Shown: piece by piece, positions 24,901-32,627 of the stretch
How positions within the stretch are numbered: position 1 is the stretch's first letter
How the letters are laid out: each line of letters opens with the position of its first letter
Assembly: GCA_041651455.1 (NCBI GenBank)
Contig: JBAZJG010000010.1
Location: 1 to 61,494 of the forward strand
From: Candidatus Omnitrophota bacterium
GTDB taxonomy: Bacteria > Omnitrophota > Gorgyraeia > Pluralincolimonadales > Pluralincolimonadaceae
Reading direction: 5' to 3'
DNA: 61,494 nucleotides
Notes under the pieces: model-generated
Told to the model about the DNA's origin: nothing
The model's input: only the letters and a program-made list of their open reading frames with translations
The model's database searches: none
Made by a program: the position numbers and the translations under genes

Positions 24901-26236
24901 CGCCGAGTGTCTCCTTGCAAGACTCTTCCAGGAAAGAACCCGTGCCTGCGGAACATGCCTCGTTCATCGCGTAATCACAGGCTACCATATTCTCTATATG
25001 CGTGTATTTCGCGTCCTGCCCGCCTATCTCGAATATAGTATCGACTTCCGCGTCAAAATATGCCGCTGCCCGGGCATGGGCTATTATCTCATTTATGACG
25101 CCGTCGGTCATCGCGTGCAGGGCCGCTATCTGCCTGCCCGAGCCCGTCACCCCGATACCGGTTATCACGATATCCTTCTTGAGGTTCTTCTCGAGGGCCT
25201 TGTAACAATTGCGGGACGCTTCGACCGGGTTGCCGTTCGTCCTGAGATATACAGAATCCAGGATCGCGTTATCGCGCTCCCTCATTACAACGGCTTTGGT
25301 CGTCGTCGAGCCGACATCGAGGCCTATGATGCAGGCATCCCCGTCGGAATATTCCTTCTTCTCCCACGCGCCTTTGAACTCCACGAACGGCAGCGCGGAC
25401 TTCAACGGCGGCAGGCCCGTATACCTGGATGAATGGCGCTTATCGCTGAGAAGTTTGGTGTTCGCGGTATCCGTATTATGCTCCATCGTCCAGAGGGCCG
25501 CGCCGAGAGCCTCAAAATACGCGGCTTCTTTCGGGACATGGACAGAGCGTATGTCTTTCTTCAGGAAGTTAACGACGCGCGGGTTCAGCGCGACGCCGCC
25601 GATGAGCATTACATTCTCCCTCGGCAGGTTGACCAGGAGTTCCATGACTTTCCTCGACATCATTTCACAGAGGCCCGCAAGTATCTCGCTTATATCCTGG
25701 CCTTTATTGAGGGCGTGGGTGCAGTCGCTCTTGCAGAATACCGAACATCTGCTTGAAAGCCTGTAGGTCTTGTCCGATGACGCGAGTTTCATCGCTTCAT
25801 CGAGGGAGATATTCATCCTCCTGAGCTGCTGCATAAAGAACTCGCCGGTTCCCGACGCGCATTTATTCAGCGTCCTTATGCCGGAGATGTTGCCTTCCCC
25901 GTCGAGGACATAAGCGACGAAGAGTTCCGCGCCGACGCTGACGACGGCGTCATACTTCTTCCTGCCCGTGTTCAGGAACTTCAGCGCTTCCTCGACCGCC
26001 TCGGGCTCGGAGATCCTCGGCAGCGAGACCGACGGACCGACCTTTCTGCCGGTCACCGCGATGTTGCGGTATCCGTCATCCTGCAGCCTGCGCATCGCCT
26101 GCTCCAGCGAACCGAATATGTTGCCCTCATGCGGCATGCTGATGACCCTGCCGACATGGAGGCCGTCCTTGTCCTTATATATCTCTACCGACGTCAGGTT
26201 AGACGCCCCGACGCATATTCCGCAGGTCTTTACCAT
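21950..26236 (-). CDS. Giant BCR/HAD-family protein: two BcrAD/BadFG (HgdC-like) activase ATPase domains fused to DUF2229/dehydratase-like C-terminal domains
   Basis: 1428 aa. Two actin-fold ATPase units are visible (CGICVGASN..LNKCASGTGEFF..SSRCSVFCKSD and IIGLDVGSTTTK..MNEACSAGTGSFLE..NDQCAAFISSD). A long Cys-containing C-terminal half follows. Confidence 0.75.
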   Translation of the reverse strand: MVKTCGICVGASNLTSVEIYKDKDGLHVGRVISMPHEGNIFGSLEQAMRRLQDDGYRNIAVTGRKVGPSVSLPRISEPEAVEEALKFLNTGRKKYDAVVSVGAELFVAYVLDGEGNISGIRTLNKCASGTGEFFMQQLRRMNISLDEAMKLASSDKTYRLSSRCSVFCKSDCTHALNKGQDISEILAGLCEMMSRKVMELLVNLPRENVMLIGGVALNPRVVNFLKKDIRSVHVPKEAAYFEALGAALWTMEHNTDTANTKLLSDKRHSSRYTGLPPLKSALPFVEFKGAWEKKEYSDGDACIIGLDVGSTTTKAVVMRERDNAILDSVYLRTNGNPVEASRNCYKALEKNLKKDIVITGIGVTGSGRQIAALHAMTDGVINEIIAHARAAAYFDAEVDTIFEIGGQDAKYTHIENMVACDYAMNEACSAGTGSFLEESCKETLGVELAGIEPQAMKGENPPNFNDQCAAFISSDIKTASYEGLKKEDIVAGLVYSICMNYINRVKGNRIVGDKVLMQGGVCYNKAVPVAMASLLGKKIIVPPEPGLMGAFGVALEVKDKLKHGLLSKKEFRLSGLIGREVRYRDSFRCKGGAEKCDRGCSILRIEIEGKTYLFGGSCNRYYNLNHSVVVDDGPLNLVKVRQEELFGTGAVPAHRPGVKKVGISKSFLTHTFFPLYNGFFSALGMKVAVSDAISDNGVQSKRAAFCYPAEIAHGMFHNLIEKGTDYIFLPQVLEISSKKALRSRKEQQSTCVILQSEPYYLRDTFKRSGTGKLLIPIIDFSKGLKGAQGTFVDMAADMGFKRRDAVRAYAEACARQEDFTYKMKQRGKKCLEDLKKDPERIAVVLLGRPYNSFAAEANMAIPDKFSSRGVTIIPFDSLPYESESDDRNMYWASGQMILKAARFIRKHPQLYAVFVTNFSCGPDSFIVGHVREIMDNKPMLTLEIDSHTADAGINTRIEAFLDIVERSRRTEQHPQKAVDPFIPARCISRRKRLWIVSSDRERLKINDKKVKLLIPPMGKMGPEALAAVFRTAGINAIPLEPSDGISLKHGRSNTTCKECLPLILSAGSLMKYLEQRKDGDVLVFFMPSTGGNCRFGQYNTFFNGLIRKKKIRNLAVYSMDTQNSYLGMGNRFNILVLKTALIYDAMYDIKNALKALARDRHEAMRIFEGQWQKVLSCIEEGGHGLYDVLGDSMGVLSRIPLKRPFREANKVAIMGEIYVRRDDYCCSPLIDRLAQKEIVAKTAPMLEWFYYVDHLVKNKLVGADLGVSGRVEFFIKTFLQSSYERKIKKILARSGLYDGEEINIKRIMDTGKKFFDEQLTGESIVVVGSAMNEVAEHVSGIINVGPFACLPTRIIESILNGNMNLSAKKKLFGRDYPGLKGVEEFPFLSIEIDGTPFPPLIEAKIEAFCLQSKRLHGKMAAAGKHRSP

Positions 26237-26252
26237 GAACTAGCTCTTCCCT

Positions 26253-27296
26253 TCATATATATATCCAGTTTATCAGGTGGAATGTCACCGGGATCGTAAA
26301 TACCAGGCTGTTTACCCTGTCAATGACGCCCCCATGGCCCGGCAGGACGTTGCCGCTGTCCTTTACGCCGATGTCCCTTTTGACCATGGAAAACACGAGA
26401 TCGCCCATAAGCCCGAGGACGCCTATCAAAAATCCGAGGGCAAACATAAAGAGAGGGCTCATCCTGCCTTTGGGCATTTCCGGCATAAGCGGCAAGAATG
26501 CCATCGAAGAAAAAGCAACTATTATTGCCGTGACTATGCCCGCTCCCCACGTCTTCCTTGGATTTATGGAAGGCGCTATCTTTGCATCAAACACACGGGC
26601 TAACGGGCTCGACGGGGAGATGCTGCACAGGATATTCATAGCCTTGCCCACCCAGAATGCGATCAGGTCCCTCGCCTCCGTGAACGTAAAACAGTAAAGC
26701 AATATCATCGGGCCGAGGTTTATCATGAAAAGGCCGTGTCCGAGATTGAATACGAAGAACATAATACCGAGGGATACGGCCCCGAGGGCTTTTATCGCTC
26801 CGTCGGTCCTGTCCTGTATCACAAAAAGCAACGGTATGAGCAGGAACAGGTATACGGGGACGAGGATTATGTACAGGCCGTACCAGTTGATATAGGCAAG
26901 ATATGCATTCAGCGGGATCGCCGCATAACATACTAACATCGTTGCCCTGTTCCGGCCCATCTCTTCCCTTCCTTCCGTAACATGGGCAAAGAGATGGAAA
27001 TATTCACGCAGCGCAAAAAAACACATTAGTGACAAAAAACAGAATGATGCGATGCGGGCCGTAGCTAATGCCAGCAGGAATATCGCGGCCATCCACCACC
27101 AGGCTACGGTCCTGTCGGCGATCTCTTTTGCCGATTTCAGTTTCCTGGACAGCATTATACCAGATATTATAGTGAAGAATACGAGTAATCCGATAATAGA
27201 GGCCATGGTCATAGACATCGGGCGTTCCTGCTTTCCCGTCGACATCAGGAAAGACAGTACCGCTATGCTGAAAGGTATCAGGCATCTCCTTAACAT
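26253..27296 (-). CDS. cdsA: Phosphatidate cytidylyltransferase-family (CdsA-like) membrane protein
   Basis: The C-terminal signature is KRDIGVKDSGNVLPGHGGVIDRVNS. The protein is polytopic and hydrophobic. GGGAG lies upstream of the ATG. Confidence 0.8.
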   Translation of the reverse strand: MLRRCLIPFSIAVLSFLMSTGKQERPMSMTMASIIGLLVFFTIISGIMLSRKLKSAKEIADRTVAWWWMAAIFLLALATARIASFCFLSLMCFFALREYFHLFAHVTEGREEMGRNRATMLVCYAAIPLNAYLAYINWYGLYIILVPVYLFLLIPLLFVIQDRTDGAIKALGAVSLGIMFFVFNLGHGLFMINLGPMILLYCFTFTEARDLIAFWVGKAMNILCSISPSSPLARVFDAKIAPSINPRKTWGAGIVTAIIVAFSSMAFLPLMPEMPKGRMSPLFMFALGFLIGVLGLMGDLVFSMVKRDIGVKDSGNVLPGHGGVIDRVNSLVFTIPVTFHLINWIYI

Positions 27297-27300
27297 GATC

Positions 27301-27939
27301 TTATCTCCCTATCCAGGTGTACGACTTGTATTCCGCTCCCTTTGCGGACTCAATGGTCTTCTTGACCCTTAATATACAGGTCAGAAGGACTAACGATGAT
27401 ACCCATATAAGGTAATAATCGACATAGCCGAAGAATGGCGGATAAAAGAACACTATCACCGCGAACACCGCCATCCATACCGCCCTGTCCGGCTTGCCGC
27501 CTCCTATGGTCTCGTGCCGCCTGATCCCGTTCGGCATGCCTTTACCGAGGACCCCGTAAAATTCTGCGGCCCATGTCAATATAAGGAACACGAAAAGCGA
27601 AATGGTCGGGCCTCCCGGTACAAAAAACAGCGAACCGTAACAAATCGTATCTCCTACTATGTCGAGGGTTTCGTTCCATATCTCTCCGGCTACCGTGGCA
27701 TTGCCGCGCTCTCTCGAAAGCATGCCGTCCAGAGTATTCATTACCATCCTTAACAACAGGAACAACGGCACGAGAAGCAGCAGCCAATGAAGCCTGCGGC
27801 ATGTCAGCCCAAGATAGAAGCCCGCTGCCGTCAGGATTATGAATACGCATCCGGCTACCGTTGCCTGGTTTGCGGTCATCCACTTACCTCCCACCCATCT
27901 CACTACTTTCTGGAAATTGCCTTTCTGCAAATATAACAT
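27301..27939 (-). CDS. CDP-alcohol phosphatidyltransferase-family protein
   Basis: The D(x)2DG(x)2AR...G(x)3D(x)3D-type motif is seen as NTLDGMLSRERG..AGEIWNETLDIVGD. AAGGAG is the RBS. Confidence 0.8.
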   Translation of the reverse strand: MLYLQKGNFQKVVRWVGGKWMTANQATVAGCVFIILTAAGFYLGLTCRRLHWLLLLVPLFLLLRMVMNTLDGMLSRERGNATVAGEIWNETLDIVGDTICYGSLFFVPGGPTISLFVFLILTWAAEFYGVLGKGMPNGIRRHETIGGGKPDRAVWMAVFAVIVFFYPPFFGYVDYYLIWVSSLVLLTCILRVKKTIESAKGAEYKSYTWIGR

Positions 27940-27954
27940 CTCTGTCTTTCTCCT

Positions 27955-30627
27955 TTAATATAAGCTGATCTTTTCTATTTCTTTTTTGGCAAGCATCGCC
28001 AGGGCCTTGTATCCATCATAACTGCGTTCCGCGCCCTTTGGGTCTATCGGTTCCCCGATAATAAGTTCGATCTTTCTGGGCCTGATAAAATAGCTGCCCT
28101 TCCCGAGCGCATCCTGCGCTCCTTTGATATATACCGGGACTATCGGGATGCCCAATTCGATCGATAGCATGCCGATGCCCGGCTTGAATTCCCCGATATT
28201 CTTCTGTATTGAACGTGTCCCTTCGGGAAATAGTATTATCGATTTCCCCTGTCTCATTAATTCCTCGCAGACTTTCAATCCTTTGAGAAAATTACCCGAT
28301 CTCTCAAAGGGAAAGATGTTCAAGAATGATTCCGCGGCAATGCGCCGCGGCCTGTTCTTATAGAAGTAATCCGAAGCTGCCGGGGCAAAGACGTCCCTTG
28401 CCATCATGACGGGGAATATGCTGTATAATAACGGGTAATCGAGGTGGCTCGAATGGTTTGCTGCCAGTATAAAAGAGCTTTTTCCCGGAAGATTGCCTTT
28501 CCCCTTCACCGATAGCCTTACATAAACTCTGAAGAATACCTTAAGGGCCGCGGCAGCCATAAGGTGGCAAACGAACATAACCCTGGACCTGGCTATAATG
28601 GCACGCGCTTCGGTGCGCGGGTCAAATTGTTCCTTCTTTTCCGCGCGCCCCTTGTCGTTAATTAGCAGTGCGAGGTCTTTCAGCGTTGCGGCCTTTTGCC
28701 ATTCCTCTTCGGACAGGGATATGCCGAGTTCCTGCTCTATATCGCAGATCAGTTCCACCTTTTGGAGGGAATCTATCCCGAGGTCCGCATATAAGTCGGA
28801 ATCGGCCGATATCTTTTTCGGGTCCATCCCCGCCTTTTTTGCGGTAATGGGCGCTATCTTTTGCAGGGCATCATTAAATATAAGCGAGTCCCCCTCGTTA
28901 CTCCCCGCGGGCTTATCTTGCGGACGGTACGTTTCGGCGATCTTTTGTACTTCTTTCCTCTTTATCTTCCTCGTCGAAGTCTTCGGCAGCTCGTCGAAAT
29001 AGAGCATGAAATCCGGTATCTTCTTATATTCCGCGAGGTTATTGCTCAGGCGGCTTACCTCGGACCCCACTTTCTTCCTGATAAGCTCCTTATCCTTTTT
29101 ATCGGCGCCCTCAAAACGTTCGAGGTTAGGCGCGATCACCGCAAATACTTCCTCCGTGCCTGCCTTGAGCCCTTCGGCCGCCTTCTTGCCGAGGACGCAG
29201 ATCTCCTTTATGTACGGGCTCGCGGACATGACCTCCTCTATCTCTTCCGGAAAGACCTTCTTGCCGCCGCCGAGGACTATAAGGTTCCTTATGCGGCCGG
29301 TAATATACAGGAACCCGTCCCTGTCGAACCTGCCGATGTCGCCTGTATGGAGCCAGCCGTCTTTTATCATCTCGGCGGTCTTTTCGGGGTTCTTGTAATA
29401 TCCTTTCATGACATGGTCACCGCGCGTGACTATCTCGCCCTCTTCGCCGAACGTGCCGTCCGGCTTCATCAGCTTCACTTCGACTCCCGGTATCGGCTTG
29501 CCGACGGAGCCGTATTTCAGTTCCCTGAAGGTGTTGACCGCGATAACCGGCGATGTTTCGGTCAGCCCGTAGCCCTGCAGGATAGTGAACCCCATCGCGT
29601 TAAAATCCATCTCGACCGTCAGGTCGAGCGGCGCACCGCCCGAGACGAAACATCTTAGGTTCCTGCCGAACTGGCTGTGTATCTTTTTGAAAATGTATTT
29701 CCCGGGCTTCATGTTAAGCTTCAGCATGAACCTGCACAGGTGCAGGCACATGAAGAAGAACCGCCTTTGGACGAACGGCAGCGATTGCGCCTTCTTTATT
29801 ATGCCGTCGTGGAACATCTTCAGCACGAGCGGCACCGTTATCATCACTGAAGTGCGGGTCTCGTTCATCAGCGCGATGATGTTCGCCGGCTTCAGGCTGT
29901 CGCAATAGGTTATCGTCGCCCCGACATAGAGAGGCGACAGGAACCCGCCCGTCATCTCGAGCATGTGGTTGAGCGGCAGCATCGAAAGGAAGTTGTCCGC
30001 CTCTGTGTAGTGGACGAGCCTGTTGAGCTCCTTCGCCTGGAACATCAGGTTCCTGTAGGTCAGCTCGACGCCTTTCGCGACGCCCGTCGTGCCGGACGTG
30101 TAGACTATGACCGCGGTATCCTCGACGGCAAGCGGCAGGTACTTCCTGTCGCCGGCCTTCATCTTGAGGTCCTTTATCTTTATCAGGTCGGTACGGGCCG
30201 AATCGTCGAGGAGTAACACCTGCTTCAGTGCCGTGAGCTTAGGCTTGATATTGTCTATCTCCGGAAGGTATTTCTCCGAGACGAACACGAACTTCGTGCC
30301 GCTGTCATTCAGGATGAACTCTATCTCTTTTTCGCTGAGCTTCACGTCGATCGGGACGACTATTCCGCCGCACGAGATGATGCCGAAGAGGGCGATGCCC
30401 CACTCCGGACGCGATTCGGAAAGTATCGCGGCGCGGTCGCCTTTTTCCATCCCCAGCTTAAGCAGCGTTGAAGATACATCGACCGCCCGCTCGCCGAGCG
30501 GGACATATGAGAGCGCGTTCCATCCGTCCTTCGTCTTTATCTGCAGGGCGGTCTTCGAGAACCAGCGCTTGTTTATCGATTCCATTATCTCGTGGATGGA
30601 AAGGTTGTCGAAATCAGGCCTGGGCAT
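27955..30627 (-). CDS. Tri-domain enzyme: acyl-AMP ligase (adenylation) + acyl-carrier (phosphopantetheine) domain + PlsC-type lysophospholipid acyltransferase
   Basis: The adenylation domain carries YTSGTTGVAKGV, GYGLTETS and TGDIG. The carrier motif is DLGIDSLQKVEL. The acyltransferase carries HX4D (ANHSSHLD) and FPEGTRS. Confidence 0.85.
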   Translation of the reverse strand: MPRPDFDNLSIHEIMESINKRWFSKTALQIKTKDGWNALSYVPLGERAVDVSSTLLKLGMEKGDRAAILSESRPEWGIALFGIISCGGIVVPIDVKLSEKEIEFILNDSGTKFVFVSEKYLPEIDNIKPKLTALKQVLLLDDSARTDLIKIKDLKMKAGDRKYLPLAVEDTAVIVYTSGTTGVAKGVELTYRNLMFQAKELNRLVHYTEADNFLSMLPLNHMLEMTGGFLSPLYVGATITYCDSLKPANIIALMNETRTSVMITVPLVLKMFHDGIIKKAQSLPFVQRRFFFMCLHLCRFMLKLNMKPGKYIFKKIHSQFGRNLRCFVSGGAPLDLTVEMDFNAMGFTILQGYGLTETSPVIAVNTFRELKYGSVGKPIPGVEVKLMKPDGTFGEEGEIVTRGDHVMKGYYKNPEKTAEMIKDGWLHTGDIGRFDRDGFLYITGRIRNLIVLGGGKKVFPEEIEEVMSASPYIKEICVLGKKAAEGLKAGTEEVFAVIAPNLERFEGADKKDKELIRKKVGSEVSRLSNNLAEYKKIPDFMLYFDELPKTSTRKIKRKEVQKIAETYRPQDKPAGSNEGDSLIFNDALQKIAPITAKKAGMDPKKISADSDLYADLGIDSLQKVELICDIEQELGISLSEEEWQKAATLKDLALLINDKGRAEKKEQFDPRTEARAIIARSRVMFVCHLMAAAALKVFFRVYVRLSVKGKGNLPGKSSFILAANHSSHLDYPLLYSIFPVMMARDVFAPAASDYFYKNRPRRIAAESFLNIFPFERSGNFLKGLKVCEELMRQGKSIILFPEGTRSIQKNIGEFKPGIGMLSIELGIPIVPVYIKGAQDALGKGSYFIRPRKIELIIGEPIDPKGAERSYDGYKALAMLAKKEIEKISLY

Positions 30628-31354
30628 CTTCTTTTACCTCTTTATGCCTGTTCCTTATCGATTCGGCCGGTATGCCGTAATATATGTCCCGGGGTTCGAC
30701 CTTCGTGCCTTTTCGCAGTACGGCGCTCGCCCCTATTATCGCGTTGTCCCCTATCTCACAACCGGGCATTATCGTCGAATGTGACCCTATCGTGACGTTC
30801 TTGCCTATCTTGACCTTCCTCAGCTTCAGCGTTCCGCGCTCCACGATATGCCCGATGATGATAGCTCCCCCGCCGACGACCGTATTGTCGCCTATCTCAA
30901 GAAGGGTCGCGTCAAAGATATATTTGGAGTTTATCTGCACGTTCTTTCCGAGCTTTACTCCCAATAAGCGCAGGAAGATATTCGCGAACGGCGTGAGCAG
31001 GATGAAATCTATGAACGTGAAATTGACCAGCAGGTACAACGCGCTTATAAAAGCCCACTTGAAGGTCTCGGCCGAGAATATCGGATGGTTGCCCTCTTTG
31101 AGCCGTATGCGCAACACGGTGCGGACGAGCCCGACGAGCAGGATAAGCGTAAGGCCGAAAAGGAAATAACCTCCGGCGATGGAGACCCCGAGAAGGAAGT
31201 ACTTTGCGACCGCCGGCATATCCTGCGAATATCCGAGCGCGCCGAAGAACACCGCTATGCCGGGGATAAGCGCTATACCGAAGAATAGCGTGCCGATAAG
31301 GTACATCGATATCGCAGCAAGCATTTGTGTCGCAGAAACGAGTAGCCACTTCAT
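30614..31354 (-). CDS. Membrane-anchored hexapeptide-repeat (left-handed beta-helix) acyl/acetyltransferase
   Basis: About four N-terminal TM helices are followed by LbH repeats (IGDNTVVGGGAIIIGH..IGKNVTIGSHSTIMPGCEIGDNAIIGASAVL). AAGGAGG is the RBS. The gene overlaps the downstream gene by 14 nt. Confidence 0.8.
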   Translation of the reverse strand: MKWLLVSATQMLAAISMYLIGTLFFGIALIPGIAVFFGALGYSQDMPAVAKYFLLGVSIAGGYFLFGLTLILLVGLVRTVLRIRLKEGNHPIFSAETFKWAFISALYLLVNFTFIDFILLTPFANIFLRLLGVKLGKNVQINSKYIFDATLLEIGDNTVVGGGAIIIGHIVERGTLKLRKVKIGKNVTIGSHSTIMPGCEIGDNAIIGASAVLRKGTKVEPRDIYYGIPAESIRNRHKEVKEDAQA

Positions 31355-31367
31355 TTTCGGCCTCCTT

Positions 31368-32105
31368 TTACAGGGTCTGCCTGAACCATTCCGATATAAG
31401 ATCTTTCATTCTGCCGGGGTATTGTTCTATAAGGCGTTCCGCGTGCAGCCCGTCGCTGAATATCTCCAGCTTCTTCTCGTATACGGTCGCAGAATTAAAG
31501 AGCTTCTTAGAGTGATAATCTTTTATGACCCAGTCCTTCGCGCCGTGTATGAAGAGTATCGCGCTGTCCTTTACTGCCGCTATCATGTCTATCGGCCTCT
31601 CCTTATCCATAAAGATATGGTCGATCTTGACGCCTTTGCCCTCGAACCTGCAATCTATCATCGCCTTGAGGTCCGAGAACATCTCGGGTTCCCAGAAATG
31701 GTAGTTGATATCCCAAAAGCTGTAAGGGGCGCTTACAAGGGCCATGCTCTTTATCTCCGTCCTCCTTGCAGCCACGATTATCGCTATTGCCGCGCCGAGC
31801 GAGAACCCGATAACGCCTATCCTCTTATATCCGCTCTTGACGGCATAACCTATGACCGCATCGAGATCCGACGGTTCCTTGGCCGTCCACGTGAATTTAC
31901 CTCCGCTCTTGCCGTGCCCGCGGAAATCGAATATTATCACGTCGTGCTCTCCGGAGACGAGGTCGATAGCCTTCCTTATTGCGCCGTTTGCCTTGCTGTT
32001 GAAGAAGCCGGGGCAAACTATAATGACTGAATCGAAGCCGTTCCTGAAATGCTCGAAGGCGATCTCTACGCCGTCTTCCGTAACGAGGGTTTCGTTAGAG
32101 CTCAT
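31368..32105 (-). CDS. Alpha/beta hydrolase
   Basis: Motifs FDFRGHGKSGG, GFSLGA (nucleophile elbow), IHGAKD and GLHAE. The start ATG 32105 (MSSNETL) overlaps the marR end by 11 nt. Confidence 0.75.
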   Translation of the reverse strand: MSSNETLVTEDGVEIAFEHFRNGFDSVIIVCPGFFNSKANGAIRKAIDLVSGEHDVIIFDFRGHGKSGGKFTWTAKEPSDLDAVIGYAVKSGYKRIGVIGFSLGAAIAIIVAARRTEIKSMALVSAPYSFWDINYHFWEPEMFSDLKAMIDCRFEGKGVKIDHIFMDKERPIDMIAAVKDSAILFIHGAKDWVIKDYHSKKLFNSATVYEKKLEIFSDGLHAERLIEQYPGRMKDLISEWFRQTL

Positions 32106-32550
32106 CTTCGGCCCTCTTGAGGCCCCTATCGAGCCTGTCAAGTATCTCCGCCAGCCCCTTCTTGTCCTTCTCGTCGAGGAACCAGACAAGTTTCTTTACG
32201 TTTTCGAAATACTTGTCCTCGACTTTGTTTATGAGGTCTATGCCCTTCTTCGTTACGGTTATATGGTTTACGCGGCGGTCGTCTGCGCTCCCTTCCCGTT
32301 TTACAAGGCCTGTTTTTTCGAGCCTGTCGATTATTCCCGTGATATTCGACCTTGAGACGACCCTGTTTATTCCCAGGTCGCTCTGGGTAAGCCTGTTCTT
32401 GGAGTATTTCAATATTACGAGCACGTCGTATTGGGCCGTCGTTACGCCGAACCCGGCGAAAAACCTGTCCGCGGCTTTAATTATGGCTTCCGAAACGTGC
32501 ACAAGCTTGCGAATGCTGTTGTTATTCAACTGGTCTGTATCTGTAGGCAT
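32095..32550 (-). CDS. MarR-family transcriptional regulator
   Basis: 151 aa. A winged-HTH block is present (LTQSDLGINRVVSRSNITGIIDRLEKTGLVKREGSADDRR). Confidence 0.85.
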   Translation of the reverse strand: MPTDTDQLNNNSIRKLVHVSEAIIKAADRFFAGFGVTTAQYDVLVILKYSKNRLTQSDLGINRVVSRSNITGIIDRLEKTGLVKREGSADDRRVNHITVTKKGIDLINKVEDKYFENVKKLVWFLDEKDKKGLAEILDRLDRGLKRAEDEL

Positions 32551-32580
32551 GGCGGACCTTTCTTTTGTTATCTTATTAAT

Positions 32581-32609
32581 AGTTTATATCATAATTGTTA
32601 TGTTGTCAA
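32581..32609 (-). promoter_or_regulatory. Sigma70-like promoter of the marR-lipid operon
   Basis: The minus strand reads TTGACA (32609..32604), a 17-nt spacer, then TAAACT (32586..32581). The spacer contains the AT-rich pseudo-palindrome ATAACAATTAT, a possible MarR operator. Confidence 0.45.
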
Positions 32610-32627
32610 GTAATATTTTAAAAAAAT

